Of a DNA stretch of 64,000 nt, positions 50,824 through 59,487 are shown piece by piece. Below the pieces are notes generated by a model that was not told the origin of the DNA, did not search any database, and worked only from the letters and a program-made list of their open reading frames with translations. The stretch comes from Candidatus Saccharimonadales bacterium (GTDB taxonomy: Bacteria; Patescibacteriota; Saccharimonadia; QS-5-54-17), in contig JBBDUI010000002.1 in the NCBI GenBank assembly GCA_040903985.1, positions 390,038 through 454,037 on the forward strand. Direction: 5' to 3'. The first letter of the stretch is position 1. Each line of letters opens with the position of its first letter. The position numbers and the translations under genes were made by a program.

Positions 50824-51041
50824 GTTAGCAAGTTATGCCTGTATGGACGTTCTCTTCGGTGAGGATACTCTATGCCGCTAGATGATGCGCTCTGATATGT
50901 GTCTATCTTGTTGTTTGGAAATGGCGTGGATGATTCCGAAGAGCACTTGAGGAGTAGGGGGTTCTAGAATAATATTCTGGTGTGCCGTTTTAGTGCTGCG
51001 AGACGATCGATAAATTATAAAGATTAGGATAAATAAGAAAA

Positions 51042-51186
51042 CCGGCCGGGTGGCACGCTGTGATGAGCGGCGACGGATAGAATCCATCGCCATCACAGGT
51101 GCACCCGGCCGGCGGGGGTGAGGATGCCCCAAGAGTTAGGGGCGTGCCATCAGTATCGATGGCTCCTCAGGGTTGACGTAGTTACA
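51042..51186 (-). ncRNA. Structured 3' trailer of SLH gene 51182..52291 (pairing arm, two small hairpins, one long hairpin)
   Basis: Hairpins at 51146-51163, 51126-51143 and 51042-51112; homologous, with compensatory changes, to 56342-56496. Confidence 0.6.
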
Positions 51187-52291
51187 TGTCGAGGGGCAAC
51201 CCCACCCAGTAGTCCAGAACCAGAAGGTCCAGGACGCGGCTGAGTACGCTCGCGGTCTGGCCGCGAGTGGTAGAGTTGTTCGGGTCGAACAGGCTCCCGC
51301 CTCTCCCCAGTATGAGACCATTGGCGACAGCCTTGCCGATGTTCTCGGCGTGGACGTTGCCTTCGATGTCGGAGAAGGGAGTCCCCGTGCTGTAGAGCTC
51401 AGTGCCCGTGATGTGCTCGTACGTGTTGACGAGCATCGTGGTCATCTGGCCGCGAGTCACCGGCTGGTCCGGACGGAAGGTACCGTCGGAATAGCCATTG
51501 ATGATGCCCAAGGCCGCCATCTGGTTGATGGCAGTGCGGTGGGCAGCCCTCGGACCGACGTCGCTGAAGTTGTAGTTCAGTGGCGGGTGCCAGAGGTACG
51601 CCGTCTCCATCAAGCGGCTCAAGAAAGCCGCCATCTGGCCGCGGGTCACATTCTGGCTCGGCGCGAAATGCGTCGTGTCGGCACCGCCACTGACTCCCCA
51701 CCAGGTGAGGCAATCGATGGCTCGTTCGTGGACGTTGTCCTTGGTGTCGGCGAAGCCAGCATCCGGGACTAGCATGGATGGGCAGGCGCTCGAGATAGCA
51801 CCGATGGTCCAGGTCCCGGGCTGGGAGCTGAGTACACCGTACGTCACAAGCCCTGGTCCGCCACCATAGCCGAACCAGCATGGGTCTGGGCTGGTGCCGT
51901 AGTTGAACGGGTCGTCACACCAGTCGACAGGCATGCCGTCGCGGAGTAAGACCAAGTTGCTATTGGCCAGAGGGCCGCTAAGCCACAGATCGAGCTGTAG
52001 CGGTTCTTCTGGACTGGCTTCGGGAGCGGCGGTCACGATGGTGAAGAGCTGACCCCATCCTTGGACGGGGTCTTCCCGCACGATTTCGAGCGACAGCTCG
52101 CCATCAATCGGGGTAGTGAAGGCTACGCGGAGGTTGGTAACCTCGGCGAAAATAGAGCCACCAGCACCGACGTCCTCCGTGATGGAGGGGCCGACGGTGG
52201 ATGGTCCTTCGACTGCCGCCGCTGGGGCAGTAGTGAGCAGCCCGAGCATCAGCATGATGCTGATGACGAGACGGACGTGAATCTTGTGCAT
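51182..52291 (-). CDS. Secreted S-layer homology (3x SLH) domain protein
   Basis: Signal peptide; three F.D....H...I......G...G....F.P....TRGQ repeats; SD GAGGAG; GC-rich. Confidence 0.9.
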   Translation of the reverse strand: MHKIHVRLVISIMLMLGLLTTAPAAAVEGPSTVGPSITEDVGAGGSIFAEVTNLRVAFTTPIDGELSLEIVREDPVQGWGQLFTIVTAAPEASPEEPLQLDLWLSGPLANSNLVLLRDGMPVDWCDDPFNYGTSPDPCWFGYGGGPGLVTYGVLSSQPGTWTIGAISSACPSMLVPDAGFADTKDNVHERAIDCLTWWGVSGGADTTHFAPSQNVTRGQMAAFLSRLMETAYLWHPPLNYNFSDVGPRAAHRTAINQMAALGIINGYSDGTFRPDQPVTRGQMTTMLVNTYEHITGTELYSTGTPFSDIEGNVHAENIGKAVANGLILGRGGSLFDPNNSTTRGQTASVLSRVLDLLVLDYWVGLPLDM

Positions 52292-52494
52292 CGTTCACTC
52301 CTCATGAGGTGGGGTGCCGAAACTTGCTTGTGTGTAACTACTTCAAGTTGCGTGCGAACTTATGGTCATATTTCGCAGGAGCATATATTACCATATTTTA
52401 TTCTATTTGTAAATACATTGGAGTAAAATTTAAGTAGATTCGACAGGGGTAAAGTATTGATTATATGCTAATCTTATGCTATAGTATATAAATC

Positions 52495-54006
52495 ATGTCA
52501 ATCGGACCTGAAAAATCTAATGAATCTGTAGCCTCGCGTTATGTAGGGATGCATGGCCACGCCTACCAACCTCCTCGTGAATCAGCCGATGGCACTATTT
52601 ATGAAGCGGCAGAAGTGTCGGCCGAGCATCCGGACCATCCAGAGTGGCGCAACTGGAACGATGTCGAGACGGCACTCGCATATGAGCCAGTGGCCAGTAG
52701 CGGCAGTTTGGAGCATATGTCATTCGATTTAGCCCCTACTCTAGCTACCTATCTAGAGCGCCAACATCCTGAAGTGTATGAGAAGTTCATCGCTGCCCCT
52801 AAAACGCTTGAGAGTGCCGGCGAGCCTCATAATGTGCTTAGCACGCCGTATTTTCACGCAATTCTTCCCCTGCTACCCGTTCGTGATCAACGTACGCTCA
52901 TTGGTTGGGGTCGATATGATACTGAGCGTCGTTTTGGCGTCTCACCAACCGGGATTTGGTTACCAGAAATGGCCATGAATAGCCAAGTACTAGCTGAGGC
53001 TAAACGAGCCGGTTTTGAGTGGACGTATGGTTTCCCCGGTCAACTTGAAGGTCCTGTAGGTACTCCTACGGGCTATAACGTGCCGGCCGGTGAGTCTGGA
53101 GATATGACAGTATTACTCGAGACGAGTCACCGACCAGGCTGGCATAATTTTTATAATAACTACGATGGCTCTAACCCTGAAGGCATTCAGGAGGGGTTAG
53201 ACAGTTGGAAAGATGATATGCTAGCTGGGCAAACTCCCGGCGATCACTTTGCTCAGTTGTCACTTAAGGCTACCGATCTTGAGCATCTCAAAGGGGCGCT
53301 ACCCCAGAGAGTAGCCTCAGCTGCTGCCCATGAAGCTAAATCTTTGGGATGGAGCACACCGTCGGCTTTTATGGCTAGGGTTAAGGATAAGGTAGAGCTA
53401 CCCGAAACAAAAGTTGTAGAGAACTCAGCTGGTGAGGGAGCCACAGGACAAGCTCACACTCTTGAGCGCTGGACCGGTGAGCGAGACGGGGCTGTCGTAG
53501 TTCGATGGAAGTACGATTTGCAAGCAGCATACGGACAATTCGCCGCAGGTATAGACGCTGTATATGAGAAAAATCTAGTAACACTTGGGTTCGACCAGCC
53601 GTGGGAGATGAGGGATGACTATATCCGACTAGTGGAAGGAGAGACTACTGAGCGGGAATACTTCAATCGGTGGGATGCGCCTCAGAATGTGGGTGCCGAG
53701 GAGAGGTACCAGACACTTAAGCTCTTAGCAGCTGAGTATCATAAGCTCGCAGCGGCATCGAGCTGCGCCTGGTTCTTTGATAATCCTACCGGAGTTGAAC
53801 CACGAATTGCTGTACGCCAGATGCGGATAGCAATTGAGTATCTACGCACGAGCGGCATAGAGGATAGCGCGGCTGAAGCGACTAAAATCGAGGAGTCGCT
53901 TCTAGAACGCCTTAAGCTGGTCGCTGATGAGAAGAGTAGACTAAGTAAAATATACAGAGGTATCGGAGTGGTCTCGGTGGCTAACCAGACTATGCCGGTA
54001 AGCTAA
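52495..54006 (+). CDS. GH57-like / DUF3536 family glycoside hydrolase
   Basis: HGHAYQPPRE, SFDLAPTL, HAILPL, GIWLPE and SCAWFFD. Confidence 0.75.
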   Translation: MSIGPEKSNESVASRYVGMHGHAYQPPRESADGTIYEAAEVSAEHPDHPEWRNWNDVETALAYEPVASSGSLEHMSFDLAPTLATYLERQHPEVYEKFIAAPKTLESAGEPHNVLSTPYFHAILPLLPVRDQRTLIGWGRYDTERRFGVSPTGIWLPEMAMNSQVLAEAKRAGFEWTYGFPGQLEGPVGTPTGYNVPAGESGDMTVLLETSHRPGWHNFYNNYDGSNPEGIQEGLDSWKDDMLAGQTPGDHFAQLSLKATDLEHLKGALPQRVASAAAHEAKSLGWSTPSAFMARVKDKVELPETKVVENSAGEGATGQAHTLERWTGERDGAVVVRWKYDLQAAYGQFAAGIDAVYEKNLVTLGFDQPWEMRDDYIRLVEGETTEREYFNRWDAPQNVGAEERYQTLKLLAAEYHKLAAASSCAWFFDNPTGVEPRIAVRQMRIAIEYLRTSGIEDSAAEATKIEESLLERLKLVADEKSRLSKIYRGIGVVSVANQTMPVS

Positions 54007-54054
54007 ATCATAATTTACTGAATAAAACATGCATCTTATTGTAGAATAATACAC

Positions 54055-54312
54055 ATGACTAGCTCAGAATTATCTCATGGCGTAGTACACAAAGTACCGG
54101 CAGACTTACGAACGGTGCTTATATCCAGCGCTAAAGTAAAGGTTGCCTGGGAAGATATTACGCCGCTCGCACGTAATGAGTGGATCTGTTGGATCGAGGA
54201 TGCCAAGAAGCCTGAGACGCGGAGACGCCGGATCAAGCGCACGCATGAGGAGCTTATAGCCGGTAAGCGCCGACCGTGTTGCTGGGCGGGGTGTATTCAC
54301 CGTCAGAAATAA
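54055..54312 (+). CDS. YdeI/OmpD-associated family protein
   Basis: TPLARNEWICWIEDAKKPETRRRRI and RPCCWAGC. Confidence 0.82.
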   Translation: MTSSELSHGVVHKVPADLRTVLISSAKVKVAWEDITPLARNEWICWIEDAKKPETRRRRIKRTHEELIAGKRRPCCWAGCIHRQK

Positions 54313-54336
54313 GCATTGGGTGGCGAACTCTACAGT

Positions 54337-55080
54337 TTAGCGACGTAATCGTTCCTCAAGCCCTGACACTGGATCGTACCACCCTTTATCGAGCACATAG
54401 GTCTGGATGTCCTTATCGACCCCAAAGATAATGAATAGACCGACTAGGATAAAGAGTCCGGCTACTATGCGGTGGAACCACCCCTGCGGGTCACTTAGCC
54501 AGCCGAGTTTAGTGACGAATTTAGTCCCGAGGAGGGTGATTAAGAGCAGCATGAGGCAGAGTCCGATCGTGTAGGCTACCAGGTAGATTAGTCCTTCTAG
54601 GAACGATACCGGTAGGATAGTGGCTACTATTAGGGCATAGGTCGGGCTGCAGCTGTTAAAGACCGGTCCTAGTGCTAGGCCCATGACCATTCCACCTTTC
54701 AGGTCAGACTGCAGGTAACCTCGGCCTAGGGCTTGGTTGCTACTGCCGTACAGTCCGGTTCGGGAAATTAACTTAACCCAGAGTGCAGGAAATAACATAA
54801 AGAGGCCGAAGATAGTGATGATACCGCCAGATATGATTTGCCAGAGTTCTTGAGGTATACCTAGGAGTGCTGTAGTGGCTTTAAGTAGAAGAGAGAAGAC
54901 GATAATCGAGATGGCTAAGCTACCGATGATGACCAGCACCCTGATTCGCGGTGTGGACTTAGCACCTGTCTCAGAGTCACTGCTTAGTGAACCGCCTAGG
55001 ACTATCGGTAAGAGCGGCAAGATGCAAGGGGCGAGTACGGTCAAGATGCCGGCTAGGAAAGATAGAAGAAATAGACCCAT
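54337..55080 (-). CDS. CcdA/DsbD-type transmembrane electron transporter
   Basis: LAPCILPLLP and FNSCSP Cys motifs; 6-7 TM helices. Confidence 0.85.
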   Translation of the reverse strand: MGLFLLSFLAGILTVLAPCILPLLPIVLGGSLSSDSETGAKSTPRIRVLVIIGSLAISIIVFSLLLKATTALLGIPQELWQIISGGIITIFGLFMLFPALWVKLISRTGLYGSSNQALGRGYLQSDLKGGMVMGLALGPVFNSCSPTYALIVATILPVSFLEGLIYLVAYTIGLCLMLLLITLLGTKFVTKLGWLSDPQGWFHRIVAGLFILVGLFIIFGVDKDIQTYVLDKGWYDPVSGLEERLRR

Positions 55081-55081
55081 A

Positions 55082-55549
55082 TCAGAGTAGATTATCTACT
55101 AGTGTCTGTAGGGTCGGTTCCTCATACGGCACAAAGCGTTCTTCGAGTTGGCCTTGATCGTTGATTCGGACGAGTGTGGTCTGGATGGTGACTCCGTACT
55201 CGCGGCGGAGGGCCTGATTAGAGTCGTAGTCGACCTTGATGATGGTCACGCCTTCCGGAATCGATCCACTAAGGATACTCTCCTCCAGTGCTCGACACTG
55301 CGGACACCAGGGAGCGTGAAAGAAAAGAATCCTCGTGCCGGTGGTGGTGGCGATGACGTCCGGACTATAGTCGACATACTGCGATTTGTCTGTCACTGGA
55401 TCGGCACTGTTATCATCTGTCGTTGTGTTTGTATCAGATGAAGCGGTTGGAGAAGTAGACTCTGTGTGCTCCCGGCCACTAGTGTAGTAGATGGCTCCGA
55501 CGATAGCTATGAGCGCGATAATCGCGATGAGAATCAGCTTCTTATTCAT
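55082..55549 (-). CDS. Membrane-anchored thioredoxin
   Basis: FFHAPWCPQC; N-terminal TM helix; upstream of the ccdA-like gene. Confidence 0.88.
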   Translation of the reverse strand: MNKKLILIAIIALIAIVGAIYYTSGREHTESTSPTASSDTNTTTDDNSADPVTDKSQYVDYSPDVIATTTGTRILFFHAPWCPQCRALEESILSGSIPEGVTIIKVDYDSNQALRREYGVTIQTTLVRINDQGQLEERFVPYEEPTLQTLVDNLL

Positions 55550-55694
55550 GTCTTTATTATAACCGGAGTTTAGTCGAAATACAGCTTGGATAAGGGCTCA
55601 AGGGTGGTGGTGTTGCGGGTCGGGCATGAGCCAGCTAGAAGCTGGGAGCATAGACCTATCCTAGTAGAGAGGTTTATTATATAATATATAGATT

Positions 55695-56282
55695 ATGGAT
55701 GAACGTTTAATTTCTAATCCCAACCTCGCCTATGAAATGGCATTAGCAGAAGCGCCATTCCGCGAGTTGGCACGGATTGCCATTAGTGATGCTGAGAGGG
55801 CTTCAGATACTGTCGCGGCCGAGTGGGCGCAGCCTAAGCTCAAGGTCGCTGAGCGCGAGGACCTCGTAATTTTCGGTAAGCGCCGGGGTTATGGTCATAA
55901 TATGGCCGGTCGGGTCTGGAATTGTATCCGGCGGGCTCATGTTAGTGGCTATGTTCAGCTCGATTTTGAGACTAAGCCGCCAGAAGAGGCGCGTGGAGTT
56001 AGTGCCCGCTATCGGCACTTGTCTGGTCTGCACCTCGAAAGCTTATACCGCACTATGGAAGGCATTTGCAGTAAGTTGGAGCAGGATGTGTCGCTCAGGC
56101 CGGTTGATCTATTAGGCCACGGAGCGGGAACGAAGACAGTTCAGTTTCTAGCTGAGTTTGCAGTAGCTAATAAGCCGGACTGGGCTGAGATAGATCAAGA
56201 GGGCTACAGTGATTTTCCGCCGCTACCAGCTTCGACAGCCGCCCAGGATGGGAGTAGCGGGAGCCTCTCTGGCTTCAACTAA
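55695..56282 (+). CDS. Hypothetical protein
   Basis: 195-aa ORF with an AT-rich promoter directly upstream. Confidence 0.55.
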   Translation: MDERLISNPNLAYEMALAEAPFRELARIAISDAERASDTVAAEWAQPKLKVAEREDLVIFGKRRGYGHNMAGRVWNCIRRAHVSGYVQLDFETKPPEEARGVSARYRHLSGLHLESLYRTMEGICSKLEQDVSLRPVDLLGHGAGTKTVQFLAEFAVANKPDWAEIDQEGYSDFPPLPASTAAQDGSSGSLSGFN

Positions 56283-56294
56283 CTCCTTGCTCTG

Positions 56295-56496
56295 GTGGAT
56301 TCACCAGTATAGATATCTATACTTCTATACTAGTGAATCCACCCGACCGGGTGGCGCGCTGTGCGGGTATAGCGACGGCGTTAGCCGTCATTCGCACAGG
56401 CGCCCCCGGTCGGGCGAGAGAAGTTCTCCGCCTCATGGGCGGAAGTGACCATCGGCTAGACCGATAGTCTTTCTCGGGGGTTGATGTACAGAGGAG
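56295..56496 (-). ncRNA. Structured 3' trailer of SLH gene 56497..59289
   Basis: Hairpins at 56447-56469, 56427-56443 and 56342-56414, plus an extra GTGGATTCAC/GTGAATCCAC stem at 56295-56342. Confidence 0.6.
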
Positions 56497-59289
56497 CTAG
56501 CGGGGCAGTTCGGCCAAATGGCGCTCGACCAGCTCATCCAGCATGTGGGTGAGGGCCGTGGCCATCTGGGCGCGGGTAGTGGAACTAGCCGGGTCGAAGG
56601 TCGACCCGGTGGTCCCGTTGAGTAGTCCGGCGTTGAACGCCCGGGCGATGTTCTCGGCGTGAACGCCGTGGACATCGTTGAAGGGAACATCGCCGACTTC
56701 GAGTTCCACCTGGGTGGCGTACTCGAAGGCACCGACGATCATCGTCGCCATCTGCGCCCGTGTGATCGAGGCATCTGGCTTGAATGACCCATCCCGGTAG
56801 CCATCGAGAACACCGGTGACAGCCATCTGGTTGATGGAGTCACGGTGGGTCTCATCAGCACCGACGTCGCGGAAGCCGTAGTCGATCGGCGTCGGCAGAT
56901 CGATCTGAGCCGCGTCGAGCAGTCGGTGCAGGAAGGAGGCCATCTGGCCTCGCGTGACGTCACGACCCGGAGCGAAGTGGTCCGCATCCACGCCCTGGGT
57001 CACTCCCCACCAGGCCAGACAGTCGATGGCCGACTGGTGAACCGATCCCGCAGTGTCGGTGAACCCGGCATCGGGTACCAGCAGGGTGGGACAGGCGTTA
57101 GTCACCTCGGCCACGGTCCAGACACTGGCCTGGGAGGTCAGTACTTGGAACTGGAGTTCGCCGGATTCGACGCCGGAGAAGCCAGCCACACAGGGGTCAG
57201 GCTCCGCGATACCGGTCGGACCGGTGCACAGAGGCACGGGGACGCCGTTGCGGAAAATGACCAGCTGCGAGGGATCGAGGTCGGAGGCGATCTCGGGATC
57301 GAGCTTGAAGTCGAGCACCAATGGCTCCTCGGGCGTAGCGTCCGGGGCCGTGATGTCGACCGTGAAGTCGAGGAACGAGAACCCGTTGGCGGGCTCAGTG
57401 TCGGTCGGGGTGCGATCGACACTGACCTCGACGGTGCCACCATTGGGGCTGGTGACCTGGGTACTGGCCCCATCGTTCTCGGCCGTGACCGAACCACCCG
57501 GCGCTACCGTCTCGCTGGCGGTGGGCTGGGGGGTCGGTTCCGGGGGTGCTGGGGGTGCGGACCGCCGGACGGTTACCTGAGCGGTATCCGTATCCAGGGT
57601 TACACCCGCCACCGTCAGGGTCGAAGTGACCGTGATGGTGTTGTTCCCCTCGTTGAGGTTGGTGTTGCCGGTGACGTTCACCGACACATGGCGGTCGTTG
57701 GCCAGCGCTACCGTCGGGGTGACGCTGGTGGTCGAGTGAGAGACACTCGAGGGAGCAGTGACACTAGCGATCTCCGCGCTCAGCGGGGAACTGGTGTCGA
57801 CGGCGCCCGTGGTCGAGTCACACTCACTCGCTCCCGATCCTTCCGAGCAGCCCCACCAGTTGTTGGTGGCAGCTACCTCGACGTCACCGTCACCGTTATC
57901 GATCGCCACGGTGTTGTCCGTGAAGACCGTGTCAGTGATGGTGACGTCACCGTTGGTGCCGTAGGCGCTGGCTGGTACCAGGCCGTCGGTCGATTGCAGT
58001 CGGATGCCGATAGTGTTGCCAGTGAAGGTGCTGTCGCTGATAGTGAGGTCGGAGACCCCGGTCAGCTCCAGCCCGCCGCTGCCACCACTGCCGGTAGTGT
58101 CTGTGATGGTGACCTCGGTGAAGTCCGCCCCTTCAACTGCGTTGAGCACGATCTGGGAGTCAGTGACGACATCCTCGACCGCCAAGTTCAACGTGGTGGG
58201 AGCGACATCGACGGTACCGGAGAGGGCGATCAAGCCGAACCCACTGTCGGGTGCGAGCTCAAAGCCCGTGATCGAAACGCCGTCGATCTCGCCGGCCGTG
58301 TGGCCGGGGATGCTGATCGCGTGTCCCGAGGTGGGGGCGATCACAGTTGCATCGCTGCCGGCACCGATCAGCTGGAGGCCATCCTGGTTCAGGACGACGT
58401 TCTCAGTGAAGGTGCCGGAGCCGACGGAAACACTGCCGCCTGACTCGAGGGAGTCCACGGCGGCCTGGATCGAGCTGAAGGTGTTGACCAGCTCCATTCC
58501 GTGCCAGTGCGCGGCGTAGCTGTCGTTGCTGAGCTCCCCCTCCATGACGTCGTTGCCGAAGTTGTAGGAGTTGATGAACAGCTCCCCCAGCCCGAAGGAC
58601 TCGGAGATGCCTTCGGTTCCGACCGGGATGTCCTGAGAGGCGACGACCTCGTCGGCGATGGAGAAGTGGTAGGTCTGGGAGTCGAGATCGAGTCGAATGC
58701 TGAGCGTCACCCACTCACCATAGGTGAAGGGAACGTCCGGCAGTTCGGTCCAGCCGAGTCCGGAGGTCCAGACCCGCCAGGTCTCGTTCTGGGAGTAGGT
58801 CTCCGCGTCACTGTCGTACTCGGCGGAGACGAACTCGATGATGCCGAACGCCTGCGACCGGTTCTCACCGGCGGAGTCGTATCCGACGGTCCAGATACCG
58901 GCCCTGACGGCGTTGTCCTCCCAGGCGGAGTCGAGGTAGAGGTCTACCTCGACCTCAGTGGTAGGTACACCGGTTGGGGTGGTGACACCTTCGGTGCGGT
59001 AGAAGCTGCCAGTGGCAGCATCCGCACTGTCGATGCCAATTTGCAGGACGTCATCCCGTCCGGCGTAGGAAACCGATCCCCAGCCCGCCGACGGCTCCTG
59101 CCGGTCGGGGGACCAGTTGGTCACCTCATCCGGAGTGAAGTCGATACTGGACTGGGTGACGGCCTTGCCGTCCGGGGTAGTGGCTGTTGCCTCCGGTGCC
59201 ATTCCGATGCTCAGCGCCAAAGTACTCAGCACCAGCGCCAGAAGGGCGAGGATCGTGGTGGCATTACGCCACCGAATTTGCAGGTTCAT
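56497..59289 (-). CDS. Large secreted surface protein: lectin-like beta domain, right-handed beta-helix, Ig-like domains and 3x SLH
   Basis: Signal peptide from MNLQIR; SIQAAVD...G.GTF.E beta-helix start; NNWWG; Pro linker; three SLH repeats (TRGQMA/TRAQMA); very GC-rich. Confidence 0.88.
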   Translation of the reverse strand: MNLQIRWRNATTILALLALVLSTLALSIGMAPEATATTPDGKAVTQSSIDFTPDEVTNWSPDRQEPSAGWGSVSYAGRDDVLQIGIDSADAATGSFYRTEGVTTPTGVPTTEVEVDLYLDSAWEDNAVRAGIWTVGYDSAGENRSQAFGIIEFVSAEYDSDAETYSQNETWRVWTSGLGWTELPDVPFTYGEWVTLSIRLDLDSQTYHFSIADEVVASQDIPVGTEGISESFGLGELFINSYNFGNDVMEGELSNDSYAAHWHGMELVNTFSSIQAAVDSLESGGSVSVGSGTFTENVVLNQDGLQLIGAGSDATVIAPTSGHAISIPGHTAGEIDGVSITGFELAPDSGFGLIALSGTVDVAPTTLNLAVEDVVTDSQIVLNAVEGADFTEVTITDTTGSGGSGGLELTGVSDLTISDSTFTGNTIGIRLQSTDGLVPASAYGTNGDVTITDTVFTDNTVAIDNGDGDVEVAATNNWWGCSEGSGASECDSTTGAVDTSSPLSAEIASVTAPSSVSHSTTSVTPTVALANDRHVSVNVTGNTNLNEGNNTITVTSTLTVAGVTLDTDTAQVTVRRSAPPAPPEPTPQPTASETVAPGGSVTAENDGASTQVTSPNGGTVEVSVDRTPTDTEPANGFSFLDFTVDITAPDATPEEPLVLDFKLDPEIASDLDPSQLVIFRNGVPVPLCTGPTGIAEPDPCVAGFSGVESGELQFQVLTSQASVWTVAEVTNACPTLLVPDAGFTDTAGSVHQSAIDCLAWWGVTQGVDADHFAPGRDVTRGQMASFLHRLLDAAQIDLPTPIDYGFRDVGADETHRDSINQMAVTGVLDGYRDGSFKPDASITRAQMATMIVGAFEYATQVELEVGDVPFNDVHGVHAENIARAFNAGLLNGTTGSTFDPASSTTRAQMATALTHMLDELVERHLAELPR

Positions 59290-59487
59290 CTCTATCCTGT
59301 CCTGGTTGGAGTAGGGTACCATCCTGCAACCGACCTGTAAGTCGGTGGTTAGCGAAGTTAGTTTTCTCCTCTGTATGTCAAGGTACATGAAGCCCACCCA
59401 CAGCGTTAAACTGTGAACGGACAGTTGTAATATTGTATAATATTATTACTATTCTAGCAAGAGGGTAAAGAGTTAAAACTCACGCTG

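Noticed and set aside
50878-51132. 84-aa ORF downstream of the SLH gene
   Set aside because: It runs through the covarying hairpin, which explains the sequence better; no SD or promoter seen.
40210-56414. Long hairpins read as integron attC sites
   Set aside because: No RYYYAAC/GTTRRRY ends, no integrase, and they follow only four genes.
56845-59340. Long plus-strand ORFs (532 and 279 aa) opposite the SLH gene
   Set aside because: Antisense shadow ORFs expected from high-GC3 codon usage.
56481-59381. Complementary arms read as IS/MITE terminal inverted repeats
   Set aside because: No transposase or target duplication, the arm sequence differs per gene, and both arms lie inside the predicted transcript. 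This favours RNA pairing, though a DNA-level role is not fully excluded.
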